From Octopus sinensis (lineage: Eukaryota), in assembly GCF_006345805.1 (NCBI RefSeq), contig NC_043021.1:806001-870000 (forward strand): a stretch of 64,000 bases of DNA. Direction: 5' to 3'. This document shows, one piece after another, positions 13,421-26,057 of this stretch. Position numbers and translations under genes: made by a program. The notes beneath the pieces are model-generated. The model did no database searches. It was not told the DNA's origin and was given only the letters and a program-made list of their open reading frames with translations. Position 1 is the stretch's first letter. Every line of letters begins with the position of its first letter.

Positions 13421-13721
13421 ATATTTAAGAGATGAGGAATTAAGTACATTATTTACAATTGATGGATATTTGTCCTCATCTTGTTTGTTGTTAACACAAC
13501 GTTTCGGCTGATATACCCTCCAGCCTTCATCAGAGTTCTCATTCCTAAGGTAGATGTTGTTATTGTTATTATTATTATTATTGTTGTTGTTATTCAGGTA
13601 ACTGCCTGGAATCGAACTCGGAATCTTGGGGTTAGTAGCCCGCGCTCTTAACCACTACGCCATATGCCCGTCAATTGTAAATAATGTAAATAATGTACAT
13701 AATTCCTCATCTCTGAAATAT
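13421..13721 (-). mobile_element. Fold-back element: ~50-bp inverted repeats enclosing a tRNA-like Pol III head and a minimal hammerhead core (Penelope-like/non-autonomous)
   Basis: Arms 13421-13469 and ~13662-13721 are reverse complements. A box TGGCGTAGTGG and B box GAGTTCGATTCC lie on -, and CTGATGA...GAAACGTT lies on - at 13533-13498. Confidence 0.7.
13493..13538 (-). ncRNA. Minimal type-I hammerhead ribozyme motif (helix I degenerate in this copy)
   Basis: CUGAUGA-A-GGCUG-gaggguauau-CAGCC-GAA-ACGU-U: intact core, 5-bp helix II, palindromic ACGU in place of helix III. Confidence 0.6.
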
Positions 13722-13834
13722 AGAACTGTATTATCCAATCAGTACGGAGCTAACATTAGACTTCAATGGAGACTTATAGAGAAACTCCATCAACAACTGG
13801 CTCGTCTTTCAAACCATCCAACTTTCTTGTGTCG

Positions 13835-13874
13835 ATGTAGAGACTGAAAGCTAATGCCAATATATATATATATG

Positions 13875-13906
<32 letters not shown>

Positions 13907-14095
13907 TGTATGTGTCAGTGTTTATAATCGACACACACACACCGCTTGGCAACTTGCGTTGGTTTGTCCTCATGACTTAGAAGTTCGGCGACAGATATCG
14001 GTAGAATTGGCAGCAGACTTGAATTTTGTTTGACTAAACTGTTAAAGGCGATGCCCCAGCATGGCCGCAATCCAATGACTGAAACGAGAAAAAAA
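13835..14095 (+). mobile_element. SINE family B copy with internal (TA)/(TATG) microsatellite
   Basis: Diverged match to 42742-43060, ending in aaggcgatgccccagcatggccgca..aatgactgaaac. Confidence 0.6.
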
Positions 14096-14399
14096 TATAA
14101 AATATGTTGTCTGTGTGTATCACATCTCCCCCCCCCGCCTTTCGACTGATTTTCCTCCTCTGTGCCATAGATCGGTGTCACACCCAGTCTCTCAGCTGAC
14201 TTCCTCCTCCTCCTCCCTCACGCCCCACCCCCACTCTTGTGCCACTCTCTCGTCGCTAATTGTTGTCACGGGCGAAACAACTGGATAACTGGATCCACTT
14301 CAGAAACTATTACGGTCATATATGCCAGTGAGTGCGGACGTGTGGCTTGTGTGTGTGTGTGTGGTGTGTGTGTGTGTGTGTGTGTGTGCGTGCGTGTGT

Positions 14400-14435
<36 letters not shown>

Positions 14436-14635
14436 TGTGTGTGTGTGTGTGTGCTGTTCAGTCTTAATGTATTATTGACCGGTGACGATAATCCTTCGAG
14501 TGTTTCCTCAACAAACAAATCCACCTCACTTAACCAATCTCTGTTTTGTTCTCCTTTTGGCGTTTATGTATGGAACATGACAAAACTATGGAACGACATC
14601 CAATACATAATTCATTACATACGCACACACACGAG

Positions 14636-14675
<40 letters not shown>

Positions 14676-14870
14676 TATTATTTGTAAAGCATTTAACTGG
14701 TAAACCGATATTTTAAACGAAGAATGAATATACATATATACATACACATATATGTGTATCTATACACACGCACACAGATTCACACACATGTATGTATGTA
14801 TGTATGTATGTATGTATGTATGTATGTATGTATGTATGTATGTATGTATGAATGTTTGTATGTATGTATG

Positions 14871-14901
<31 letters not shown>

Positions 14902-14948
14902 GTGTATGTATGTATGTATGTATGTATGTATGTATGTATGTATGTATG

Positions 14949-15104
14949 TGTAGTGGATCTTGCAAGCATGAAGTGGATTCGATCCACCACAGCCAACTTT
15001 AAATTAACACTGATTCTTCAACCGTAGGAACAGTTCTGTTGCAGTATTAATTTAAATTTGGTTATGGCGGATCGAATCCATTCATGCTTGCAAGATCCAC
15101 TACA
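14949..15104. mobile_element. MITE-like fold-back (~60-bp imperfect TIRs, possible TA target duplication)
   Basis: tgtagtggatcttgcaagcatgaa.tggattcgatcc... is the reverse complement of ...ggatcgaatcca.ttcatgcttgcaagatccactaca. A partial second copy lies at ~61210-61292. Confidence 0.75.
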
Positions 15105-15455
15105 TATTCAATACTACCTAGGTGGACTGTTACACCATCGGAATAATAAAATGGTGCTAACAAAATACAATTTCAAAAGAAATTATTTCTCAGTTCTCAA
15201 TAAACTTCCAACCATGTTACAGTTTTCAAAATAACCATAGAATTACCATGGATACTTCTGCTAGCAGGTAGTAGTGATATGACAGCAGAAAATTCATTTT
15301 ACAATTCTTTCATATTATAGCTTGGCAGTGAATGGTGCAATGCCAGCTAGCAACTAAAGGAGATTTCTTCTTCGTCAATGCAACAAAACTAGATTATACA
15401 CCAAACAGTGCTCGTTTCCCATTCATGTGAATGGCTCCTATTTAGGCACTTCAAA

Positions 15456-15670
15456 GGCGGCGAGCTGGCAGAAACGTTAGCACGCCGGGTGAAATGCGTA
15501 GCCGTATTTCGTCTGCCGTTACGTTCTGAGTTCAAATTCCGCCGAGGTCGACTTTGCCTTTCATCCTTTCGGGGTCGATAAATTAAGTACCAGTTACGCA
15601 CTGGGGTAGATGTAATCGACTTAATTCGTTTGTCCCCTCTATGTTTAGCCCCTTGTGGGTAATAAAGAAA
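15456..15670 (+). mobile_element. tRNA-derived SINE family A, near full-length young copy
   Basis: Head with A/B-box-like motifs and central gtcgactttgcctttcatcctttcggggtcgataaattaagtacc, which recurs at least eight times in the window. Confidence 0.92.
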
Positions 15671-15789
15671 CATAAAGAAACATTTTGGCTCTTCAAGTTT
15701 ACCAAGTTTTGGAAACACTAGTATATTAGAACTGTTCCATAAACCATTCATCATTCTCCGTTGCCCATTATTCCTGAAAGGGTCGTGAG

Positions 15790-15965
15790 AGTGGATTCTT
15801 CCAGCACCTCTTCCATGGGATCGTGTCAGAAGCAGCCGTCGTTACACTCTCCAGCGTCAGCAACTGAAATCTTTCGATATTATCCAACCAGTTCATTCTT
15901 GGTCTGTCTCTCCGTCTTCGACTGAGTGGCTCAGCTTGAAGAATCTATCTTGCGATTCTTTTCAG
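15790..15965 (-). mobile_element. RTE-like LINE 3' end remnant
   Basis: Minus translation RIAR*ILQAE..SRRRRDRPRMNWLDNIE...ASD..PWKR resembles the RTE C-terminus (GKR.RGRPR.RW.D.I). Confidence 0.55.
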
Positions 15966-16584
15966 TCCAATTCTTATCCTACACCTGCGGTGAGACCCTT
16001 AATGTGAAGAAGTAGTGGTTCGACCTAGAGAGACTCCTTCATCCCCGGGGCACGCACCCTAGTGAGTAAAGTTACTCAATAAACTGTTAAATTAAAACAA
16101 CCGACACAGATGTCGGGTGGGAAAAAGATCCCAGCCACTGTTCAACACCACTGACCTCTAGCAATGTGACACGGCCACAGAAAATATCTTGTTGGATTGT
16201 CCAAAGGTATATTGATTAAATGATCGGTTCCGCAAAGCGAAATTAGATGGATTAAACGCGAAAAGTATAACAACACAGATAAGATGTTTGAAAGAAAAGA
16301 ATAAAAAAAAAATGGCGGTGCCCCAGTCTGGCCGCAGTCCACTGGTTGGAACTTGTAAAAGAGTAAAATAGAATAAAATAAAACAAAATGAGATAAAATT
16401 AAAAAGATGAGGTTGTTATTAAACGTAATTGGTTGATGTAAAATGTTGCCACCGGATGTCGCATCTTTCATGTTTAATTAAAATTGACACCTTTTCCACT
16501 TCAACCGGAAGTGACACCTTTCTGAAGGTCAGCCATAAAACAGCGTTCCCTGTTTAATTGTTGGTGTGATCTGAGAAAATAGGT

Positions 16585-16850
16585 TAGTAGTAGTAGTAGT
16601 AGTAGTAGAGGTGGTGGTGGTGGTGGTGGTGGTGGTGGTGGTGGTATCGGTGGTTATTTATCGTTGTCGTGGTGGATATATATTGTAAATATGGTGTGAG
16701 GTGATATATTGGTTGCGGCGGCGGTGGTGGTGGTGGCGGCGGTGGAGGCGGCGGTGGAGGCGGCGGTGGAGGCGGCGGTGGAGGCGGCGGTGGAGGCGGC
16801 GGTGGAGGCGGCGGTGGAGGCGGCGGTGGAGGTGGCGGTGGTGGTGTGCG
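16585..16850. repeat. Compound (AGT)n/(GGT)n tract and 12-bp GGTGGAGGCGGC tandem (~8 units, 16741-16835)
   Basis: Read directly from the sequence. Confidence 0.95.
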
Positions 16851-17371
16851 CGCGTGTGTGTGTAGGGGTGGATGTAATGTACTTTGCAGAGTCGTGTGAC
16901 GTTGGATGGTGTGGTGACATGGGTGGGTAAGTACGAGGTGGTTGTGTGAGGTAATTTTGAAGTTAATGATGTAATAGAGGGGGTGAGGAGGAGGAAGGGG
17001 AGAAGGAGGAGTGGTTGGAGTGGAGTGAAAGGGAAGCAGCGATGAGTGGAGCCTTTCTAATGAAAGAGTGAATTGGGGGAAGACATTGAGTGGCGTGCGA
17101 GAGTGTGAGTGTGAGGTAACGAAGAGATGGAACGAAGTCAAAGGTGGGAAAGGTAAATTGAGTGAAAGTGGACGTCCTTGAGTGTATGTGGAGTGGAGTG
17201 GAGGTCATTGAGGGAGGAAGATGTTTTGTGAGTGCCCTAGAAGAGTGGGGGGAGGAGCTGTCGATGTGGGGGTGGAGGAGCGTCGAGAAGATTTAACGCG
17301 AAATATTTTGGTATTATAAGAGTTGTGTGTATGTGTTTGTGTGTGAGAAAAAGAGAGAGAGAGTGTGTGGT

Positions 17372-17420
<49 letters not shown>

Positions 17421-18854
17421 TGTATGCTAGAGTGTGTGTGTGAGAGAAAGTTTGTAGTGTGTGTGAATATGTGTACATATGTGAATGAATGTGTGTGTAT
17501 ATACAGCTGAGTGTGTATGTATGTGATATACGTATATACTTGTGTATGTGCATATATGTGTGTGTAATGTAGATATACATATGTATTTATACGTGTGATG
17601 TTTATCAGTCTAGGTTTGCGCATGTATATGTCATATATATGTGTGTGTGTATATATGTATGTATATGTATGTGTATATATATATATGCGTGTGTGTATGT
17701 AAGTTTGTATTTATGTATGTATATGTTGATAAATATGTTTCTATATGTATGTGTTCGTGCAGATTTATATATGCGTGTGCACGTAAGTTCGTGTATGTAT
17801 GTATGTGTGAGTTTTTATAAGTGTGTATTTGAGTATATGTATATGTAAGCATGCATGTATGTATATACCTACACACGTGTGTTTATGTGTGTGTGTCTTT
17901 GTGTGTGTGTGTGTGTGTGTTGTAACAACCTCCCTAATAGTTATTGTTTTATTATTTGTTTATCTTTTTTCTTTTTCTTCTCTTCAATGTTTTATTTACT
18001 TTTTTATATATTTTTCTTCTTCTTCTTCTTCTTCTTCTTCTTCTTCGCCAGTTCCTTCAACAGACTACTGCTGCTGCTGCTGCTGCTGCTGCAGTTCTTT
18101 GCCGAAGGCGAAAACTATTTCGTGTGACAGAAGACGAAAGTTTATTCATTTAAGAGAGAAATCCCAGCCGGAATAAGGCAGCGGCGCTCTGCACCGTCAT
18201 TGAAGACACTCGCGCCTCGGAGCAGCAACACCGATTGTGACACGGCTCCCCCCAACACGCCGCAATCGTTACCCATAACCATAGTAGAACAGTACCTCGA
18301 AATCACAGTACCACGGAACAACAGTACAGCCGCACTCACAACACAATACAGAAATATCATCAAAGAAAAAAATGTTTACAAAGAACAGGTAGACTAGGAG
18401 GAGCAAGGAATAGGTAACACAGATACACATATTTTTTATACATACACACCTATACAGCCATATAAATATATATACATGTGTGTGTGTGTGTGTGCTGTTG
18501 AGCATCTTGAAGAGTTTCCTGTGAAGGTTTACCAATGTTACGATGAAACTCCGTCCGTTGGAAACATTTCTTGCGAACAAATACAAACATTTCAAGAACA
18601 ACAACAACAACAAGAACTATAACAATAACATCTACGACGACCACCGCACCATCATCATCATCATTTCGAACAACAACTACAACATCAACACCAACGACGA
18701 CGACGACGACGACAGATGTAGGAAACAAACCAAGGAATTTAGTTCCAATCCTTTCAAACAGAAGAATTTTAAGGAACTTTTGCAATAAGAAGCCAGTAAG
18801 TCTCTTGTCTGTCTTTCTTCTGCTCTGTCTTTTTCATATGTCACCTTCTTCATA

Positions 18855-18911
<57 letters not shown>

Positions 18912-18935
18912 TATCATTATTATTATTTATCAGTT

Positions 18936-19113
18936 AAGGTGGTGAGCCGGGAGAATCGTTAGCGGCATTTCTTCCGACTTCGCCGGGGTCGACTTTGCTT
19001 TTCATCCTTTCGGAGTTGATGAAAATAAGTACCAGTTGAGCATTGGGGTCGCTGCAATCGATTTAGCCCCTACCCCCGAAACTGCTGGCCTTGTGCCAAA
19101 ATTTGAAATCATT
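18936..19113 (+). mobile_element. SINE family A, internally deleted copy
   Basis: ggggtcgactttgcttttcatcctttcggagttgatgaaaataagtaccag core; preceded by an (ATT)n tract. Confidence 0.8.
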
Positions 19114-19150
19114 ATCCTTGTTGTTGTTGCTGTTGTTGTTGCTGTTGTTG

Positions 19151-19181
<31 letters not shown>

Positions 19182-20910
19182 GGTGGTATTATGTTTTGAC
19201 ATGGACGGGCGTGTTGTCAGGCTGCTCCTAGAAGACTGAATTACTTGGGAAACATTTCGGTGGTGGGTGGGGGTTGTTATTTCACAGAGAGCCTTAGGCG
19301 GTGTAAGAATATGCCTGGTTTCCAAGATCGATGATATAACAAGAAACCCTGCCTCCGCCCAGACCGGTTCCATAATATACACCTTAACACAAGTTGTATC
19401 CTACTTTATTTAGGTGCAGAGTCAAACGCTATGAAGCGCTGGGAAAAGCCAGCTGTTATTCCGGGCGACATTAGAACTTTCTCCTTTTGTTCCATTAGCT
19501 TCGGATTTTCTGCCCCGCGAAGATGGAAAAGCGGAGAAAACTAACAGCAACAGGTCGCAGAAACTGAGGATTGCAGAGCAGCACCAGTTGCAGTTCCGAG
19601 AGTATGAAAAGCTTCCAAAAGCAGACGACAAGGGATGTGGGTGGGTGGCGGTACTTTTTTCACAACCAGTAATATCATCCGGTTGCCTGAAGACAAGGAC
19701 GAGATAAAAGAAGCCCGCACCTTATTCTCTGTCATAAGATCAAGAACATGTTTCCGAATGTTCTGCCGCAGACACCAGTCTTTCGAGGGCAAATAGAGCC
19801 ACCACCGTTTGGGGGAGGGAGTATCTTTCTGTATTTTTTTTTCGGAAATCGAACAAGTCTACGACAACTTTCTGTTCTCCCTTTTCTAGATAAATTCATT
19901 TGGGTAACAAGGCACTCTCTTTTGCAACACACCTCTTCCATGCCTTTTTTGCCTGAAGATGACCCATGTCTAGTGTTTCTTTGTGACTCGCAACACTATC
20001 AAATGACGGGTTGTTGTTGTTGGTATTGAAGTTGTCATTTAAGTTTCCTTTTCGCCATTTATTCTTTAACGCTCATCAAATTATTTAATTGGGTGTAATT
20101 ATAGAATTGTGTTTAAATGTCGTTTTTGTTTATATTTTTAAATCTGTTTTTACATTTTCAAAATTGTTTATGGGGAAGGTTTTATTCGTAGCTATTTTTG
20201 TGGAAAGCACCAGCTTCCACTACTGTTAAGAGGCTACATTAAACCGTTGATAAAATCAATCAAATAAATGTTTATAAAACGGTGTAAACACAATAAGAGA
20301 TTAAGGAAAAGCATAAAATGGCCCACAACCTTCTTCTACACAGACTAAAAGGTAACCTTGTTGGGTATAACCCACCTCCTAAGCAAGGTACTTGTAAATG
20401 AATGGCCACAGATCAAAGCAATACAAACGCTATACAACCACTAATCACTAAAATAACACGACACAAACTGTTAACTAATCGATACTCAACACTATAACAA
20501 AAGCAACTTCTTTTCTACTTTGTTGCCATTCAACAATATACCAAAGCCGACACCCATTGTGGGCAATCACCACCAAATACTGCAGCCCAAACCACACTGC
20601 ACTTACAAGCGAAGAAACATTAAAATAACACCAGAAACAGCAATGCAATTCTACATCCACCCGCCAACCATCACCACCACCAATTCAAGCACAATTCTAC
20701 ATGACCCCTACAAACACACTTCAGGTAGACGAATGTTGGCGTAGGGGAGCAAAACAAATTAAAATAAGGATTAATAAAGACTGAAAATTCAGCTGAAATT
20801 GTTGTTAAGGAGCAGAAGGAAAGGAAGATCTGGAAATGGAGACAACCAGAGAGAAAACCGAAGCGATGTTCACAGGAAGAGGAATCTTGGCGCTTGTTGA
20901 AGGTGCAGAT

Positions 20911-21171
20911 CAGGGGTTCTCAAATGAGGTCCGTATGGCCTTTGGGGTTCCATGTAAGATTTTGTTGTTAAAATTGATTCACTATAAATTGGTTATACTG
21001 CTACAATGCACAAAATATTTTTGAAAATTTTTTTATCCAGTTCTTCATATTTAATGATAAGAATATAATAGGATTTTGTTTAACCTCGAATGACTGAGGG
21101 AGCCGATCCGAGTGAAATAAAGGGCAATGGATCCTTGGGTGAAAAAAAAAACAAATGGCTGAGAACCACAG
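20911..21171. mobile_element. Old hAT-like MITE
   Basis: Ends caggggttctcaa...tgagaaccacag resemble hAT TIRs; no matching TSD seen. Confidence 0.4.
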
Positions 21172-21653
21172 GGGTCAATAAATACAAAGCTAAAACGTCA
21201 GTGCTTCAGGCAAACATACACAGACTATCACTACAGTACACACACACACACACACACACACACGCATACGTGCGCGCGTCAGGTACGTTAACGTTAACGT
21301 AGGGATTGTAGCATAAACATGTATAAACCTCCTAAAAAAAGAGGGAAAGCAAAGGGAGGCCAGACACGGCCTGACCCGGGGCTCCTTCCTCTCCTCGGCA
21401 ACACGCAATAAAAATCAAACAACTTGTTTTTATTTGTTTCGGCGAATTATAAACTCATTTATTGCCTCCAACCGAACAAATGTGTTTTGTTGATGTAACG
21501 ATAAGTCTCTCTCCCTCTCTCTCTCTCTCTCCTTTCTCTCTCTCTCTCCCTCTCTCTCCCTCTCTCTCCCTCTCTCTCACCCTCTCTCTATGCGGAGATC
21601 AGGTGTTAAGAAACAGTTTACTGTAAGCTTCTTCCTTCACACATTATATATCT

Positions 21654-21654
<1 letters not shown>

Positions 21655-21704
<50 letters not shown>

Positions 21705-21764
21705 CACATACAAACACACATATGTTCGAGTCTGTGTATGTATGTATGTATTTATATATATATA

Positions 21765-21795
<31 letters not shown>

Positions 21796-22375
21796 GTATT
21801 ATATATACATATATATACATACATTTATATACATACATTATATATATATACAATATTATATATATATATATAGAACATATATATTATACATAGAAAAAAT
21901 ATTATATATATATATAGATATATATATGTATTATAAATACATATATACATACATTATATATATTATACATATATATATTATATATATATATATACATATA
22001 TATACATACATATATATATATACATATATATATATATACATTACATATATATAGTATATATATACATATATATATACATACATATATATATACAAAATAT
22101 TAACATACATATATATATATACATAATATATAATACATACATATATATATATACATATATATACATATATAACATATGTATATATGTATATATATATTAC
22201 ATAGCTATATATCTTATATATATTATATATATTGTATGTATATATGTGTGTGTATATATATATATATTTTATATATATATATATTATATATATATATATA
22301 TATATAATATATATATATATGTATGTATATATCTATATATATATATATACATATATATATATGTATATATATATG
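21655..22375. repeat. ~700-bp degenerate (TA)n/(TACA)n tract
   Basis: Almost entirely A/T dinucleotide alternation. Confidence 0.95.
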
Positions 22376-23139
22376 TGGTGTGTGTGTGTGTGTGTATGGA
22401 TGTATGTATATATATTGGCAAGTGTGTGAGGTATTATCATTGTCTAACACAGTAATTACTTCTCCACTAAGACAATCATTACCTTAATATCTCTAATTAT
22501 ATATCTCTCTTATGTATTTATGACCGCAACCACAACATCTGTGTGTGTGTGTGCCTGCCCGTGTGTGTGCGTGTGTGTGTGTGTCTGTGTGTGGTGTGTG
22601 TGTGCGTGTGTGTGCGTGTGTGTGCGTGTGTGTGCCTGCCCGTGTGTGTGCGTGTGCGTGTGTGCTTATTTATTTATTTATTTATTTATTTACCGGACGT
22701 CTTGTTGCATAACTTCGACTAAAGATTTATGTCTGATGTGTTTGACGTAAAAACAAAATTTCTTTTTTAAACTGGAATCTTACTTCCAAACTGTGTCCGT
22801 GTCCCTATGTCACCATTGGCAACACTATTTCTTATGTTATTAGTTCAAGCCCAAGGGCTGCGGTCATGCTGGTGCATCGCCTATACAGCTTGGACTGGCT
22901 CTAAAGTACTTAGTTTTTGAGTGAAGAAAGAATTTGGTGCCGCTGCTTTCAGTTGCGGTTCTGAGGATCTCAAGTTCGGATTTTAAAGGACCCATGTGCT
23001 TCTTGATAGGTTTCTCACTTTATTTAGGCAAACATTAAAAAGTTGTTGGCATTTTAACCCTAGGCTGTTGCAGTATGTGGTCCTGATTTCGATAAAGAAA
23101 GCAGGAGACCATCGAGATGACGCCTGCTATGATTGCTTT

Positions 23140-23560
23140 CACCCTCAATACCAACATTTGGCGTAATCCCTTCAAGGGTCTCCGCATATTTCCTCCGTCT
23201 TTCAACCTCTCCCTGTAGCTTTTCTCTTCCATTGAGGCAATCCTCTTCACGAAGCGGCGCTGGATTGTTTCCAGATCTGTTATAGTTTCATGCTGTTTGG
23301 TGACCCTAGTTGGGATCGTAGGCCAAACGGCGCCGAAAACAAATATTCTCTTCAAAACCGAAGTGCTTTCCTGCTTTCTTCTACAGAATTATCTCGCGAC
23401 CCATCCACCATCCTTTGTCGCATCATTACCATCTTGCCAATTGCGGACATGGAATTATACACCGATCCTCATATTTCTCATCAGGTCACCAACAGACTGC
23501 GCCTCCATAAATGCCAATCCCTCCAGATGTTGTTTATCCTGGTTGTGAACAGTTTGGAAT
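23140..23560 (-). mobile_element. CR1-like LINE 3' remnant
   Basis: Minus translation DLETIQRRFVKRIASMEEKSYRERLK matches the CR1-type motif LE.VQRR.T+.I......Y.ERL. Confidence 0.6.
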
Positions 23561-23700
23561 TTCCCACTCTAAAATAGCATCTTACTGTCTTCAGGCCACT
23601 TGTAGATGGCGTAAGTGTCCTGCAACGAGAGCGAAGGTCCAGACCGCTTGACTTACTTTGACACTCATAGATGAAAATAGAGGGATGGATATACATACAT

Positions 23701-23731
<31 letters not shown>

Positions 23732-23740
23732 GGTTGTGCG

Positions 23741-23792
<52 letters not shown>

Positions 23793-23881
23793 TGTGTGTA
23801 TGTGTGCGTTTGTATGCATACATACATGAACATAAACTCGCACAAAAATGTTACAAAATATATTTTTGTAAATTTAGAGTC

Positions 23882-24012
23882 AAACAGACAGACAGGCAGA
23901 CAGGCAGACAGGCAGACAGGCAGACAGGCAGACAGGCAGACTGGCAGACAGGCAGACAGGCAGACAGGCAGACAGGCAGACAGACAGACTGGCAGACAGG
24001 CAGACAGGCAGG
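23882..24012. repeat. (CAGACAGG)n 8-bp tandem repeat
   Basis: Read directly from the sequence. Confidence 0.95.
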
Positions 24013-24200
24013 CATTAATATTGCTACAGAAACTATTTCCCTCATCACAAAACAATGTAATAGATATCAGTTGAAAGTAAAAGAGAGAAGAAAATGAAAT
24101 GAAGCTACTTCCGGTATTCCCCTCTCTCTCTCTCCCCCTCACTCTCTCTTTCTCTGTGTATCTATCTTCCTACATGTGCGTACGTATGTGTACACCACAC

Positions 24201-24234
<34 letters not shown>

Positions 24235-24698
24235 GTATACACACATACATGTATATGTGCACACAGACACACACATGCATGCATGTATGCGTGTGCGTGT
24301 GCGTTTGTGCGTGCATGCGTGGTTGTGTGAGAGCATTTTGGCGTGAGTTCGTGAACAGCTACTTCTTGCCGTGGATGCTATGAGATTGTTGCAGAGAAGA
24401 AGCTATGCCTGTTATGTGACATTGCCGTTAATAGCTGGAAAGTCGTGGCTGGAGGTTAATAAGATAATGGAGGCGATGCACTTCACAAGTCGAACCCTAA
24501 TGGCGTGTTAACAGCTGTGCAACTTTGCCACTTCCTCCGAACCATCCATAAATCACTAACAGTTTTCAAGTGTGTATGTGTGTGTGTATAAATATATATA
24601 TATAATACTATATATATATATATATGTAGGTCCCGGGTTGATTCGGGGTTAACCACAGTAAATAAGGTACTCAATACATAGCAGAGTAAAATTAATTT

Positions 24699-24956
24699 AT
24701 TATATAGAAGGAGATTCTACAGGACTAGAACTGTTTCATTCAAGAGAAATCATCAGGAAGCTAGTTAACAAGAATTGTATTGGCATTTATACAAGTATGA
24801 ATAGTTTGCGCTATGCCTACCCCCAAAAGTCCCCCACCACCACCCCTTTAAACCTGCCTAAATGTATAAATGCCAATACAATTCTTGTTAACTAGCTTCT
24901 GATGATTTCTCTTGAATGAAACAGTTCTAGTCCTGTAGAAGCTCCTTCTATATAAT
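24699..24956. mobile_element. Fold-back element, ~94-bp arms with ~69-bp spacer, embedded in (TA)n; Penelope-like terminal sequence
   Basis: 24699-24793 is the reverse complement of 24863-24956 with few differences; each arm contains CTGATGA...GAAAC. Confidence 0.8.
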
Positions 24957-24960
24957 ATAT

Positions 24961-25025
<65 letters not shown>

Positions 25026-25038
25026 GATCGATAGATAT

Positions 25039-25079
<41 letters not shown>

Positions 25080-25283
25080 AGATAGGAGAAGATAGAAGAT
25101 AGATAGATAGATAGATAGATAGAGAGATAGATAGATAAATGTATATTTACTCTTATATCAAAATCTCCGACGATGTCTTGGCTGGTCTAAACTTCCATGT
25201 CACTGCTAACATTATCCTCTAAAAAGTATAGAGTAACCCAACAGCTTAATGTAAAATTGTTTTATTAAAATTGAACATTAATG

Positions 25284-25320
<37 letters not shown>

Positions 25321-25814
25321 TGTGTATGTGTATGTGTATGTATGTATGTATGTATCAGATTCCTTCTCAATGTATCCAAGCTACGACCACAAACAACATG
25401 TTCTAGTTGAGATTAAGAGCGAAACATTGCATACGTAATGAAAAAGTGTGTCACATGGCTTGACGAGATGCGTCTGCACCGTGGGATGTACCGAAATTCG
25501 TTATATTGTTTCCCACCCACGAGGGAGCGATGCAGGATGTGTCGAAACGATCGTTGTGGTCAATAAAGTTCCAATATATTTCATTTTCCACCTCTGTTAT
25601 TTCTATCATATGCATAGATAGATCAAAACAGTTTGATTCAAAATTCCTTGCTACTTCTAGATTCAAAGAGTGACGCTTGTCCTCAGCTATTGGAAATTTG
25701 AATTCCCAGTGGCTGAGGTTAAGCACCGCGCTTTGAAACTTTAAGTACCACGGAATTTGAATCAAACTGTTTCGATCCATTTATGTAACTCCCAATAAGT
25801 GTGTTGAGTGTCCT

Positions 25815-25901
25815 TCTTTCCTTTGTCCACTCACTCGTGTATACATACATATACATACATATATACATACACACATACATACATACATATACATACACAC
25901 A

Positions 25902-25933
<32 letters not shown>

Positions 25934-25940
25934 CATACAC

Positions 25941-25971
<31 letters not shown>

Positions 25972-26057
25972 CACATACATACATACACACACATACATAC
26001 ATACATACATACATACATACATACATACATACATACATACATACATACATACATACA

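Noticed and set aside
13600-13669. tRNA gene (Ser-like ACT loop)
   Set aside because: No acceptor-stem pairing and poor T and anticodon stems; it is a tRNA-derived head, not a tRNA.
16584-17141. 185-aa poly-Pro/His ORF (extensin/formin-like look)
   Set aside because: Derived from GGT/GGC tandem repeats; no flanking domain or splice context.
21655-22375. Irregular phase shifts in long (TA)n/(TG)n tracts (also 52300-52780) as coded structure
   Set aside because: More simply explained by slippage or long-read consensus errors.
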